This document shows, piece by piece, positions 51,786 to 61,860 of a stretch of 64,000 nt of DNA. The stretch's first letter is position 1, and each line of letters begins with the position of its first letter. The DNA lies in assembly GCA_963664435.2 (NCBI GenBank), contig CAXXKM010000003.1:416001-480000 (forward strand), in the 5' to 3' direction. The notes beneath the pieces are model-generated. The model saw nothing but the letters and a program-made list of their open reading frames with translations, was not told where the DNA came from and ran no database searches. This stretch comes from Longimicrobiales bacterium. GTDB lineage: Bacteria > Gemmatimonadota > Gemmatimonadetes > Longimicrobiales > Gaopeijiaceae. Both the position numbers and the translations under genes were made by a program.

Positions 51786-53272
51786 GCGGCCCGCTTCCTC
51801 ACCCACTCGATGAGCAGCCGGGTCGGAGCCCCGTAGCCGCCGGGCCGCTGGTAAGGCAGTTTCCCTTTCCCGTACGCGGTGCCGGCGATGTCGAGATGGG
51901 CCCACTTCGCATCCCCCACGAACTCGCGCAGGAAGCAGGCGGCCGTGATGGTGCCGGCCGGGCGTCCCCCCACGTTTTTCAGATCGGCGGTGTGGCTGTC
52001 GAGCTGTCGGCGGTATTCCGGCCAGATCGGCAGCGGCCAGCAGCGCTCGCCGCTCAGGTCGCCGGCGGCGCGCAGCTCCTCAACGAGGGCGTCATCGGTC
52101 CCGAGGACCGCGGATGCATGGTGTCCGAGCGCGACGACGCAGGCGCCGGTCAGGGTGGCGCAGTCCACGATGGCTTCCGGCTCGAAGGTGCCCGCGTACG
52201 ACAGGGCGTCGGCCAGAATCAGCCTGCCTTCGGCATCGGTGTTGATCACTTCGATGGTCTTGCCCTCCCGGGATCCGATGACGTCTCCCGGCTTGACCGC
52301 GCTTCCGTTGACGAGGTTTTCGGAGCTGGGAACGATGCCCACCACGTTGACGTCCAGGCCGAGACGGGCGATGCCCCGCATGGCGCCCAGGACGGCGGCT
52401 CCGCCCGACATGTCGAACTTCATGTCCTCCATGCCCTTTGCCGGCTTGAGCGAGATGCCCCCCGCGTCGAAGGTCAGCCCTTTGCCCACCAGTACCAGCG
52501 GAGCATCGCCGCGAGTTCCGCCGTGATGTTCGAGGACGATCAGCCGCGGCTCCTCGGCCGAGCCCTGGGCGACGGCCAGCAGTGCCAGCATGTTCTCGTC
52601 CCGCATCTCCCCCGGCCCGAGCACCCGCACCTCGAGACCCACCTCCGAGGCCAGATCGCGCGCCCTGTCGGCCAGGTGGCTGGGCGTGGCCACGTTCCCG
52701 GGCCGCGACTGGAGGGTGCGCGCGAAGTTCTCCGCCTCCGCCACGATCGCCCCCGCGCGAGCGCCCGCCCGGGTCGCATCGAGGTCGGAGGCGGCCGCAA
52801 CCTCCACGGTCGTGACCCTCGAGGCGGGCGGATCCATCTCGCCACGCCGGGTCTTCAGTTCGTCGAAGCGCCAGGCCGCGAGGACGGCGCCCTCCGCCAC
52901 CACCTGGCCAAAGCGCTCCGGCTCGATGGAGGGGACGCCCAGCCCGTCGATGGTGACCCGCTCGATGCCCAGCTCGGAAGCCTTGCGCACGGCGCGCGCG
53001 GCCAGCCGCCTGACGGCCTCCGGATCGCAGTCGTCCGGTTTTCCCGCCCCGAGCAGAAGAAGCCGCAGCGGGCCGGCATCGCCGGGGTCGGCGTGGAACA
53101 GGTGGCTGCTTCCGGAGCGGCCGCGCAGATCGCCGGCGGCGCGCGCCACCGAACGACCGAGGACGGAGCCGGGGACGGCCAGGGCGGGAGCGTCCCGGCC
53201 CTCGAACAGAAACCCCGCCAGCAGCGGCGTGTCATGCCGGCCGGCCGGCCCGCGAACGACCTCTACCCGCAT
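51782..53272 (-). CDS. pepA: Leucyl aminopeptidase (M17)
   Basis: VGKGLTFDAGGISLK, MKFDMSG, NTDAEGRL.LAD, ATLTGA, HLDIAG. Confidence 0.96.
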   Translation of the reverse strand: MRVEVVRGPAGRHDTPLLAGFLFEGRDAPALAVPGSVLGRSVARAAGDLRGRSGSSHLFHADPGDAGPLRLLLLGAGKPDDCDPEAVRRLAARAVRKASELGIERVTIDGLGVPSIEPERFGQVVAEGAVLAAWRFDELKTRRGEMDPPASRVTTVEVAAASDLDATRAGARAGAIVAEAENFARTLQSRPGNVATPSHLADRARDLASEVGLEVRVLGPGEMRDENMLALLAVAQGSAEEPRLIVLEHHGGTRGDAPLVLVGKGLTFDAGGISLKPAKGMEDMKFDMSGGAAVLGAMRGIARLGLDVNVVGIVPSSENLVNGSAVKPGDVIGSREGKTIEVINTDAEGRLILADALSYAGTFEPEAIVDCATLTGACVVALGHHASAVLGTDDALVEELRAAGDLSGERCWPLPIWPEYRRQLDSHTADLKNVGGRPAGTITAACFLREFVGDAKWAHLDIAGTAYGKGKLPYQRPGGYGAPTRLLIEWVRKRAA

Positions 53273-53282
53273 GTGCCTCCGC

Positions 53283-54518
53283 CTACATGTGGTCGATCAC
53301 GGCCTGTCCGAAGGCCGAGGTCGACACCTTGGTCGCGCCTTCCATCTGGCGCTCCAGGTCGTACGTGACCGTCTTCGCCGCGACCGCGCCCTCCAGGCCC
53401 CGGTCCACGGCCTCCGCCGCCGCCGTCCAGTCCATGTGTTGGAGCATCATGGCTGCGGACAGGATCAGCGACCCCGGATTGACCTTGTTCTGGCCGGCGT
53501 ACTTCGGGGCCGTCCCGTGGGTGGCCTCGAAAAGCGCGACTTCGTCCCCCACGTTCGCGCCCGGCGCCATCCCGAGTCCGCCCACCTGCGCCGCGCACGC
53601 GTCGGACAGGTAGTCGCCGTTGAGGTTGGGCGTCACGATGACGTCGTATTCCGAAGGCCTCAGCAGCACCTGCTGGAACATGGCGTCCGCGATGCGGTCC
53701 TTGACCACGATCCGGCCCGCGGGATCCGCACCGTCCCAGATCGCCGACTCGGGAATCGTCTCGTCCCCGAAATCCCGGGCCGCCACCTCGTATCCCCAGT
53801 CGCGGAACGCCCCCTCGGTGAACTTCATGATGTTGCCCTTGTGCACGAGCGTCACCGAGCTGCGTCCGCGCGCCACCGCGTAGCGCAGCGCCGCCGCGAC
53901 ATGGCGATGGGTTCCGAACGGGCTGATCGGCTTGACTCCGATGCCGCTCTGCTCGCGCACGTTGGCGCCCATCTCGTCCACCAGGAACGAGCGCACCTTC
54001 TCCGCGCCTTCGCTTCCGGAGGCCCACTCGATGCCCGCATACACGTCCTCGGTGTTCTCCCTGAAGATCACCACGTCAAGCTTCTCCGGCTCGCGCATCG
54101 GAGAGGGCACCCCGGGGATGTAGCGCACCGGGCGAATGCACGAGAAGAGGTCGAGTTGCTGGCGCAGCGTTACGTTGAGCGAGCGAATGCCCTTCCCCAC
54201 GGGCGTCGTCAGGGGACCCTTGATGGCCACCTTGAACTCGCGCAGCGCATCGTAGGTTTCGTCGGGCAGCCACTCCCCGGTCTTCTCCTGCGCCTTTTCG
54301 CCCGCGTACACCTCCATCCACATGATCTCGCGCGAGCCGCCATAGGCGCGGGCCACCGCGGCGTCGACCACGGCGCGTGTGGCGTGCCAGATGTCGGGGC
54401 CGATGCCGTCGCCTTCGATGAACGGGACGATAGGCCTGTCCGGCACGTTGACCACGCCGTTGTGAACGGTGACGGTCTCGCCCGCGGAGGGCACCTGCGC
54501 GTACTTGTATTGTGCCAT
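53283..54518 (-). CDS. icd: NADP-dependent isocitrate dehydrogenase
   Basis: [56 protein letters not shown]. Confidence 0.97.
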   Translation of the reverse strand: MAQYKYAQVPSAGETVTVHNGVVNVPDRPIVPFIEGDGIGPDIWHATRAVVDAAVARAYGGSREIMWMEVYAGEKAQEKTGEWLPDETYDALREFKVAIKGPLTTPVGKGIRSLNVTLRQQLDLFSCIRPVRYIPGVPSPMREPEKLDVVIFRENTEDVYAGIEWASGSEGAEKVRSFLVDEMGANVREQSGIGVKPISPFGTHRHVAAALRYAVARGRSSVTLVHKGNIMKFTEGAFRDWGYEVAARDFGDETIPESAIWDGADPAGRIVVKDRIADAMFQQVLLRPSEYDVIVTPNLNGDYLSDACAAQVGGLGMAPGANVGDEVALFEATHGTAPKYAGQNKVNPGSLILSAAMMLQHMDWTAAAEAVDRGLEGAVAAKTVTYDLERQMEGATKVSTSAFGQAVIDHM

Positions 54519-54975
54519 GAGGCTTCGGGGGAGATAGGATGTAGGAGTGAGTTCCGGCGAGCGCGAACTCGCGCGGGTTTGAAGGACCCGCGAAGTTTAC
54601 CGCGGGCGTCAGCCGCTAACAAGCGATTGCCGGGTTGGGCGTCGTCGATTGGGGGCGGCGCGTGCCGGGTGGCATGAGAGCCCAACCGGGGACAATGGAG
54701 AGCCGAAGTGCGACGTACGAAGGAGGATCGACATCAGGGCGGCTTCAAGCTTGTGCTGGTGCTGACCCCTTTCCTGCTCGTGCTGGTTCTCGGAATGATC
54801 GAGTGGTGGCTGCGCTCGCGCGGTCCATAGCCCGGGCCTGTCCAACTCCCGGCCCGGCGTCGTCCCGGAAATGGGACGCTTGCCGGCGCCGGGCGCGCTC
54901 AGGTCGAGGAGATTGTCGGTGGCACGGTTTCTGCTTCAGTTTCCCCATAATGTCCTGAAGCCCCGGGAGGGAATC

Positions 54976-56634
54976 ATGCGCGGAATCCTCTGTAGTGCGG
55001 CGATGGTGATGGCGGCAGCGCCGGTCTGGACCCCGGGTGCGGCGGCGGCTCAGGAATACGCCGGGGAGTCCTCCCTGTCCTTTGCGGTGGGCGCTTCGGT
55101 CTGGGACGGAGTCGGCGTCGGGCTCACCTACCGGTCCACCTCCCTTCCCTCGCGAACCCCCGCCCCGGCGGCCGAAGTGTTCTTCGGCGTCGGGGTTAGC
55201 GACCGCTACTACGTCGATTCGTACACGGGATACGACTACTCCGGACCTCGGTGCCGCTGGTACGGGGGCGACTACCTCTACGGCTGGATCGACCGGTATG
55301 ACTACTCCATACACCGGTGCCGGCGGCGGGTGAGCCGGTGGGGGCTCGCGATCTCCTTCGGCTTCGGATGGCACTACCCCGCCTACTACAGCCCCTGGTC
55401 CGCCTGGCACGACCCCTTCTGGAGCCCCTGGTACGCCTTCGATCCCTGGATCGGGAACGGCTGGTTCGCGTTCGGATGGCGCAGCCGGAGCTACTCCCCC
55501 TGGTACTCGTATCCGGTGTACCACGGCTACCCCGGCTACCATGGCTATCCCGCGTACCACGGCTACAGCTCCCACTACTACACGCCGCGCTACCGCTACG
55601 TGAGCCGAGGCCGGCTGGCGTACGGGTCGGGATACGTGGGCGCTCCTGCTCCAGGGGTCCGGTACAAGGAAGATCCGCGACGGACGGCGGTGCCGCGTAC
55701 GGCGCGCGTGGCGCCGCGCACGGCCGCGGGCCGGGTTTCGGACCGGTCGGCGGCCACCTCGTCGCCTGCGGTCGAGAGACGCTCGGGCGTGAGGACACAG
55801 CCCGGCGTGAGTGCGCGCCCGCGCGTCGTGCTTCCGGAGCCGAGTTCGCCCAGGACCGCCCGGCCGCGAGGGACAGGAGGCTCCACCGAGGCGGTCCGGC
55901 CCGGGACGCGAACCGCGACGCCGCGCATCCAGTCTCAACCACGGACGCCGCAGGTCCGGCCGGGGTCGGCGGCGACCTCCGTCCGACCCGGGACATCGAC
56001 CCGCGTCCAGCCGCAACCCGGCGCCTCGCGTGCCCAGCCGCGCGCCTCCGCACCACCGAATGTGCGCTCGCGGCCGACCCCCACGCTCCGCGTTCAGCCG
56101 CGGTCCAGCACACCCCGCGTCCAGTCCCGGCCCGGCAGCCCGCGACCACAACCCCGCGCGTCGGCACCACCCAGCGTGCGCTCGCGGCCAACCCCCGCGC
56201 CCCGCGTCCAGTCCCGGCCAAGCAACCCGCGACCACAACCCCGCGCGTCGGCACCACCCAGCGTGCGCTCCCGACCGACTCCCGCGCCCCGCGCCCAGTC
56301 CCGGCCCGGCAACCCGCGACCACAACCCCGCGCGTCGGCACCACCCAGCGTGCGCTCGCGGCCAACCCCGGCACCCCGCGTCCAGTCTCGGCCGGGCAAC
56401 CCGCGACCGCAGCCCCGCGCGTCGGCACCACCCAGCGTGCGCTCCCGGCCAACTCCCGCGCCCCGCGTCCAGTCCCGGCCCGGCAACCCGCGACCACAGC
56501 CCCGCGCGTCGGCACGCCCAAACGTGCGCTCCCGGCCAACCCCGGCGGCCCGCGCGCGACCCCGACCGGCCCCGGCGCCGCGTGCGACCGCGCGACCCAC
56601 CCGTCCGCCCCGCCGTCCCCCCGGCGGCCCGTAG
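54976..56634 (+). CDS. Secreted protein with Tyr/Trp-rich domain and long Pro/Arg-rich repeat tail
   Basis: GGAGG RBS, signal peptide ending AAAQE, aromatic-rich segment, then 29-aa repeats. Confidence 0.7.
   Translation: MRGILCSAAMVMAAAPVWTPGAAAAQEYAGESSLSFAVGASVWDGVGVGLTYRSTSLPSRTPAPAAEVFFGVGVSDRYYVDSYTGYDYSGPRCRWYGGDYLYGWIDRYDYSIHRCRRRVSRWGLAISFGFGWHYPAYYSPWSAWHDPFWSPWYAFDPWIGNGWFAFGWRSRSYSPWYSYPVYHGYPGYHGYPAYHGYSSHYYTPRYRYVSRGRLAYGSGYVGAPAPGVRYKEDPRRTAVPRTARVAPRTAAGRVSDRSAATSSPAVERRSGVRTQPGVSARPRVVLPEPSSPRTARPRGTGGSTEAVRPGTRTATPRIQSQPRTPQVRPGSAATSVRPGTSTRVQPQPGASRAQPRASAPPNVRSRPTPTLRVQPRSSTPRVQSRPGSPRPQPRASAPPSVRSRPTPAPRVQSRPSNPRPQPRASAPPSVRSRPTPAPRAQSRPGNPRPQPRASAPPSVRSRPTPAPRVQSRPGNPRPQPRASAPPSVRSRPTPAPRVQSRPGNPRPQPRASARPNVRSRPTPAARARPRPAPAPRATARPTRPPRRPPGGP
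56030..56550 (+). repeat. 87-bp tandem repeat, about 5-6 copies
   Basis: Unit encodes PRVQSRPGNPRPQPRASAPPSVRSRPTPA. Confidence 0.9.
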
Positions 56635-56664
56635 GGTGCCCACGACCTTCCGCGCCCCACCGGA

Positions 56665-59600
56665 GTGACCGGACCGATCGGAAGCGGCCGGGCGGTTCTC
56701 CGGAGGGGCGCACCGCGCGTCCTTGCGCTCGCCAGCCTGGCCTGGGCCGTGTCCTGCGCCGACGAGGAACCGGCCGCGCCTCCACCTCCCAACCGCCCCC
56801 CGGCAGCCGAGCGCACGATTCCCGCCCAGAGCCTCAAGCCCTGGGACACGATCACGCTCAACGCGGCCCATTTCTTCAGCGATCCCGACGGAGAGCAGCT
56901 CACCTTCACGACGACGAGCTCGGACATCGCCGTCGTTTCCGTGTCCGCCATGGACAGCACGCTGACCCTCTACGCCGAGGGACCGGGAACGGCCAGGATT
57001 TCCGTGACCGCCCGCGACCCCGGGGGGCTGGCGGCCGATCAGATCATCGACGTAACGGTCGGTCCGTACTCCGACCGCCAAATCCTCGTCCTCTTCTACG
57101 AGGCCGCCGGCGGCCCGAGCTGGTACGGCCGGGAAGGCTGGCTCTCCGACGCTCCACTGGAGGACTGGCTGGGGGTCGAGGTTGACGACGACGGGAACGT
57201 GATCGAGCTCGAGCTCTACCGGAACAACCTGGTCGGCTCCATCCCGCCGGAACTCGGCGGGCTCGCCAGCCTGTCCCGCCTGCAACTCGCGTCGAACCAT
57301 CTGAGCGGCCCGATTCCCGCGGAGCTGGCGGAGCTCTCCAACCTGTCGTTCCTCGGGTTCTTCAACAACGATCTGGAAGGCGCCGTCCCGCCGGAACTCG
57401 GCGGCCTGGCCAATCTCACCCAGCTGGAACTCGACCGTAACCGACTGACGGGCTCAATTCCGCGGAGCTTCCTGGAACTCGATCGGCTGAGGCGCTTCTA
57501 CTTCGCCGAGAGCAGCGGGCTTTGCGTCCCCGGCTCGCCGGAGTTCACCGCCTGGATCTCGGCCATGAAGGGGGGAGGCCAGGGGCCGTTCTGCAACCAG
57601 TCCGACCTGCGCGTGCTGGAATCGCTCTTTCTGGCATCCGGAGGGGAGGAATGGACGAACGCCGCCGGCTGGCGCGAAGGCGCCGCCGCGGCCCGGCGCT
57701 ACGGGGTCGGCGCGGACGCGCTGGGCCGGGTCACGGCGCTCGACCTGACCGGCAACGGACTGACCGGCCGCCTTCCCGAGAACCTGGGACAACTGACGCT
57801 GCTGGCCGAGCTGCGGGTCGCGGACAACGCGCTCTCCGGGCGGCTGCCCCCGTCCCTGTCGGCGCTCCCGCTGCGGTGGTTCGAGTACGCGGAAACAGAG
57901 CTGTGCGTCCCGCCGGACCCGTTTTTCCGGAGCTGGCTCGGCGGAATCGAATGGCACCAGGGGACGAGCATCGACTGTGCGCCTCCCTCCGACCGCGATG
58001 TCCTGGTGGCGCTCTACGACGCGACCGGCGGGCCCGACTGGACCGGTCGCGACAACTGGCTGACCGATGCGGAACTCGGCGAGTGGTACGGCGTCGAGAC
58101 CGATTCCGCGGGCCGGGTGACCGCGCTCCGGCTGCAGAACAACGGCCTCGAGGGCCCGATTCCGCCGGAACTGGGGCACCTCTCCGCATTGCGGGAACTG
58201 ATTCTCTGGAACAACGACCTGTGGGGTCCCATCCCCCCGGAGCTCGGCGGCCTCCGCAACCTCGCCAGCCTCGTCGTCCTGAACACCGACCTGTCGGGGA
58301 CCATTCCGCCGGAGCTCGGCGATCTGGCCGCACTCAGAGTCCTGATTCTGGCAAACAGCCAACTGACGGGACCCATCCCCGCGGAACTGGCCAATCTGGC
58401 CAACCTCACCAGCCTGGGGCTCGACGACAACGCTCTGGACGGTCCGATCCCGCCGGAACTGGCAGGCCTCACCGCGCTCGAGTCGCTGACGCTCTCCCGG
58501 AACGAACTCACGGGCTCCATCCCGCCGGAACTGGGGAGCCTCTCGAGCCTCCGCGAGCTGCACCTGGGGAACAACGAGCTCACGGGCTCCATCCCTGCCG
58601 AACTGGGAATGCTGGGCGAGCTGCAGACCCTGATCCTCTCCGACAACGGTTTCACCGGCGCACCGCCCGCGGAACTCGGCGATCTCGGCAAACTGATCTA
58701 TGTGACGCTCGCGGGGAACGACCTGACCGGTCCCATCCCCCCGGAATTCGGCGCCCTCGCGAACATCCGATACCTGACCCTTGCCGACAACGACCTGGCA
58801 GGCCCGATCCCGGCCGAGCTGAACCGCCTGATCGGGGCAATCGAGCTGGATCTGAGAGGCAACGCCCTCACCGGCCCGATCCCGGCCGAACTGGGCCGGC
58901 TGCCGCGCCTGGTGCGGCTGTCGCTGGGCCGCAACGGACTCAGCGGTCCGGTCCCGCGCGAGATGGGAGGAATGCGCCACCTTCGCGAGCTCGACGTGAC
59001 GGACAATGCCGGGCTCTCGGGAGCCCTCCCGGAGGAGCTGACGGACCTGAGCATCGACCTGCTGGCGACAGGGGGAACGGACCTTTGCGCGCCGGCCGAT
59101 GACGGGTTCCAGCAATGGCTGGATGCCATCCCCAGGCAACGCGTGATCACGTGCCTGAACAGCGAACCGGCGTCGGCGTACCTGACCCAGGCAGTGCAGT
59201 CGCGTTCGTACCCCGTGCCGCTGGTCGCCGGTCGCCCGGCACTCCTCAGAGTGTTCGTCACCGCTGCGCGCGCCGGCGGCGCAGACATGCCCGCGGTGCA
59301 GGCGAGGTTCTACCGGGACGGCGTCGAAACATACATGGCGGACGTCGCATCCTCCGGGATGCCCATCCCGACCGACGTGGACGAAGGCGACCTGGCGGCC
59401 TCCGCCAACGCCGAAATCCCCGGGGCGGTGATCCAGCCGGGCCTCGAGATGGTGATCGAAATCGATCCCGAGGGACTGCTGGACCCGACGCTGGGGGTCG
59501 CCAGGCGTATTCCCGCGGAGGGCCGCGGCGCGGTGGACGTCCGCGCGATGCCCATGCTGGAGCTGACCCTGGTGCCCTTCCTGCTGGAGCAGACCCCGGA

Positions 59601-60633
59601 TTCCTCGATCCTGGCCCTGACCTCCGGCATGGCGGCGAACCCGGGCGGGCACGAGCTGCTCCACGACACACGGACGCTGCTGCCGGTCGGGGAACTCGCC
59701 GTGACGGCCCACGAGCCGGTGCTGATTTCGTCGAACAACGCCTATGACCTGTACCGGGAGACCGCTGCCATCCGGGCCATGGAAGGAGGGTCGGGCTACT
59801 ACATGGGCACGATCAGCGGACGCACGACCGTCGCCCGCGGCCTCGGAAGCCTCCCGGGCCGAATCAGCTTCTCGCTGCCCGACCCGCGCATCATCGCGCA
59901 CGAACTGGGGCACAACCTGAATCTCCGTCACGCCCCCTGCGGCGGTGCCAGAGGCACGGATCCTTCGTTCCCCGAGCCGGACGGATCGATCGGCGCCTGG
60001 GGATACGACTTCCGGCGCGGAAGTCTGGTCGCGCCCGGCCGGCACGATCTGATGTCGTATTGCGAGCCGCCCTGGGTCAGCGACTACTACTTCACCAACG
60101 CGCTGCGCTTCCGGATCCGGAACGAGGTGGAGCGGAGGGCGCATGCCGCAGCGGCACCCGGCCGCTCGATCCTGCTGTGGGGGGGCGTCGACCCGGAAGG
60201 CAAACCATTCCTGGAGCCGGTCTTCGTCCTGGAGGCCCCGGCGACCGTCCCGCCACCGGGCGACGAATACCGGATCGAGGGGGTCGACGCGCGCGGCCGC
60301 GAGCTCTTTTCGCTCGGTTTCGACATGCCGGTGCCGGCCGACGGCGACGGCAGGGCCGCGTTCGCCTTCATGCTTCCGGTGCGCGACGGCTGGGCCCGGG
60401 ACCTGGCCGGCATCACGCTCGCCGGTCCGGGCGGCTCGGACACGCTGAACCGGGAGTCGGCGCGTCCGATGGCCATCCTGCGCAATCCGCGGACCGGCCA
60501 GGTGCGTGGAATCCTGCGTCGGCTGCCCCCCGTCGCACAGGCCGCCATGGACGGGGCCGGCGGCGTCGCCGAACCGGGCATGGACGTGTTGCTCAGCCTG
60601 GGGCTCCCGGACCCGGAAGCGTGGCGGCGGTGA
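56665..60633 (+). CDS. Lipoprotein with Ig-like domain, three plant-RLK-type LRR blocks and a zinc metallopeptidase domain
   Basis: Lipobox AVSC, FSDPDG..L, repeated L.L..N.LTG.IP.ELG.L units with DR.VL.ALY.ATGG..W caps, IIAHELGHN..L.H, DLMSYC. Confidence 0.88.
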   Translation: MTGPIGSGRAVLRRGAPRVLALASLAWAVSCADEEPAAPPPPNRPPAAERTIPAQSLKPWDTITLNAAHFFSDPDGEQLTFTTTSSDIAVVSVSAMDSTLTLYAEGPGTARISVTARDPGGLAADQIIDVTVGPYSDRQILVLFYEAAGGPSWYGREGWLSDAPLEDWLGVEVDDDGNVIELELYRNNLVGSIPPELGGLASLSRLQLASNHLSGPIPAELAELSNLSFLGFFNNDLEGAVPPELGGLANLTQLELDRNRLTGSIPRSFLELDRLRRFYFAESSGLCVPGSPEFTAWISAMKGGGQGPFCNQSDLRVLESLFLASGGEEWTNAAGWREGAAAARRYGVGADALGRVTALDLTGNGLTGRLPENLGQLTLLAELRVADNALSGRLPPSLSALPLRWFEYAETELCVPPDPFFRSWLGGIEWHQGTSIDCAPPSDRDVLVALYDATGGPDWTGRDNWLTDAELGEWYGVETDSAGRVTALRLQNNGLEGPIPPELGHLSALRELILWNNDLWGPIPPELGGLRNLASLVVLNTDLSGTIPPELGDLAALRVLILANSQLTGPIPAELANLANLTSLGLDDNALDGPIPPELAGLTALESLTLSRNELTGSIPPELGSLSSLRELHLGNNELTGSIPAELGMLGELQTLILSDNGFTGAPPAELGDLGKLIYVTLAGNDLTGPIPPEFGALANIRYLTLADNDLAGPIPAELNRLIGAIELDLRGNALTGPIPAELGRLPRLVRLSLGRNGLSGPVPREMGGMRHLRELDVTDNAGLSGALPEELTDLSIDLLATGGTDLCAPADDGFQQWLDAIPRQRVITCLNSEPASAYLTQAVQSRSYPVPLVAGRPALLRVFVTAARAGGADMPAVQARFYRDGVETYMADVASSGMPIPTDVDEGDLAASANAEIPGAVIQPGLEMVIEIDPEGLLDPTLGVARRIPAEGRGAVDVRAMPMLELTLVPFLLEQTPDSSILALTSGMAANPGGHELLHDTRTLLPVGELAVTAHEPVLISSNNAYDLYRETAAIRAMEGGSGYYMGTISGRTTVARGLGSLPGRISFSLPDPRIIAHELGHNLNLRHAPCGGARGTDPSFPEPDGSIGAWGYDFRRGSLVAPGRHDLMSYCEPPWVSDYYFTNALRFRIRNEVERRAHAAAAPGRSILLWGGVDPEGKPFLEPVFVLEAPATVPPPGDEYRIEGVDARGRELFSLGFDMPVPADGDGRAAFAFMLPVRDGWARDLAGITLAGPGGSDTLNRESARPMAILRNPRTGQVRGILRRLPPVAQAAMDGAGGVAEPGMDVLLSLGLPDPEAWRR

Positions 60634-60675
60634 CGATGCGCGACTCCGGCCCACAGAGGCCCGCGCGGCCGGAGC

Positions 60676-60813
60676 CGCCGAATCGGGGCACCCCGGCGAA
60701 TCGGGCTATCTCGGGCGGACCGGGCCATCTCGGCGGACCGGGCCATCTCGGCGGACCGGGCCACCCCGGCGGACCGGGCTATCTCGGCGAATCGGGCTAC
60801 CCCGGCGAATCGG
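60676..60813. repeat. 18-bp tandem repeat, about 7-8 imperfect copies
   Basis: GGGCCATCTCGGCGGACC-like units with no spacers, overlapping the stop of the cupredoxin gene. Confidence 0.85.
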
Positions 60814-61316
60814 TATCCGGCGCGACGGTGAAGTCGGTGAACATGCCCCGGCCGTCGTGGCCCGAGAAGTCGCAGATCGCCGTATAGGCTCCCGGCTCGA
60901 GCTCGACGGTCACCACCCGGCGTTCGCCAGGGTTGAGGCGACGCTCCAGAACCCAGGCTGGAGCGGTGTCCTCCCTGCGGCGGAAGTAGATGTTGTGCTC
61001 CTCGAACCCGGCGTTCACGAAGCGCACCGGGTGCGGTCCGGCGGGGAGGACGAGCGGCATCGAGATGGTGTACTCGTCCATCAGGACCTGCATGGTGTCC
61101 ACCCGCGGGGATGGCGGAGTCTCGGTCGGCGGAGTCTCAACCGGCGGCCCCGCACGATCGTCGTCCGGGGCCGCGCATCCCCCTGCGGCGAAGCATGCGG
61201 CGACGAGCGCCAGCAACCCCGGGGCTGGTCGGGTTTTCGCGGAGCGTCCCGAGCGGCCCGGGCAGTCCCGCTGACGTGCGCGCGGGCGAGGAGGTGGACG
61301 TGCGGACGCCCGCACC
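60797..61316 (-). CDS. Cupredoxin (type-1 copper) lipoprotein; start uncertain
   Basis: Lipobox AGGC, N.G..EHN, LEPG.Y..ICDFSGHDGRGM (H..C-x4-H-x4-M ligands). Confidence 0.75.
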
Positions 61317-61518
61317 TGCTCTCGCCGCGAGGTGCTGCGGCGAACCTGTTCTGGCGATTCCGGATACAAGGAAGCTGCGAGCCGCACGAGAAGTGTCACC
61401 AGCGATGGGAGCGCCTCCGCCCGCCGCGCCTGGTCGGAGACAGGTGGGCGGCGGAACGCGCGGTCCCCCGCCGGAGACCCGCGCCCGGACCGGCGAGCAA
61501 CCCGGCGCTGCCCTGCAG

Positions 61519-61589
61519 AGGCGCCGGTCGGAATCGAACCGACGATCGAGGATTTGCAGTCCTCTGCCTTACCACTTGGCCACGGCGCC
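61519..61589 (-). tRNA. tRNA-Cys(GCA)
   Basis: GGCGCCGTGGCCAAGTGGTAAGGCAGAGGACTGCAAATCCTC..GGTTCGATTCC..GGCGCCT, U73 discriminator. Confidence 0.96.
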
Positions 61590-61638
61590 AAAAGGAATGG
61601 GGAGCCGACGAGCGCGCTCCCCATACCGGCTTTGCAAG

Positions 61639-61711
<73 letters not shown>

Positions 61712-61860
61712 AGATGAAGCATCATGAGGTTAGAAACAGCCACCATGGGTGTCAACCACCCGCGCGATGGTTTTCCGTGCTTCGGCCCGTGACTACCTTT
61801 GCACGTTCTCGCCGGCAACTGGCGCCCGGCCCGCGCGCACCATCTTCCCCCCGCTTCCCC

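Noticed and set aside
56030..56550. 87-bp repeats as CRISPR or a mobile element
   Set aside because: In-frame coding tandem repeats with no unique spacers.
60676..60813. 18-bp repeats as a CRISPR array
   Set aside because: Head-to-tail units with no spacers and no cas genes.
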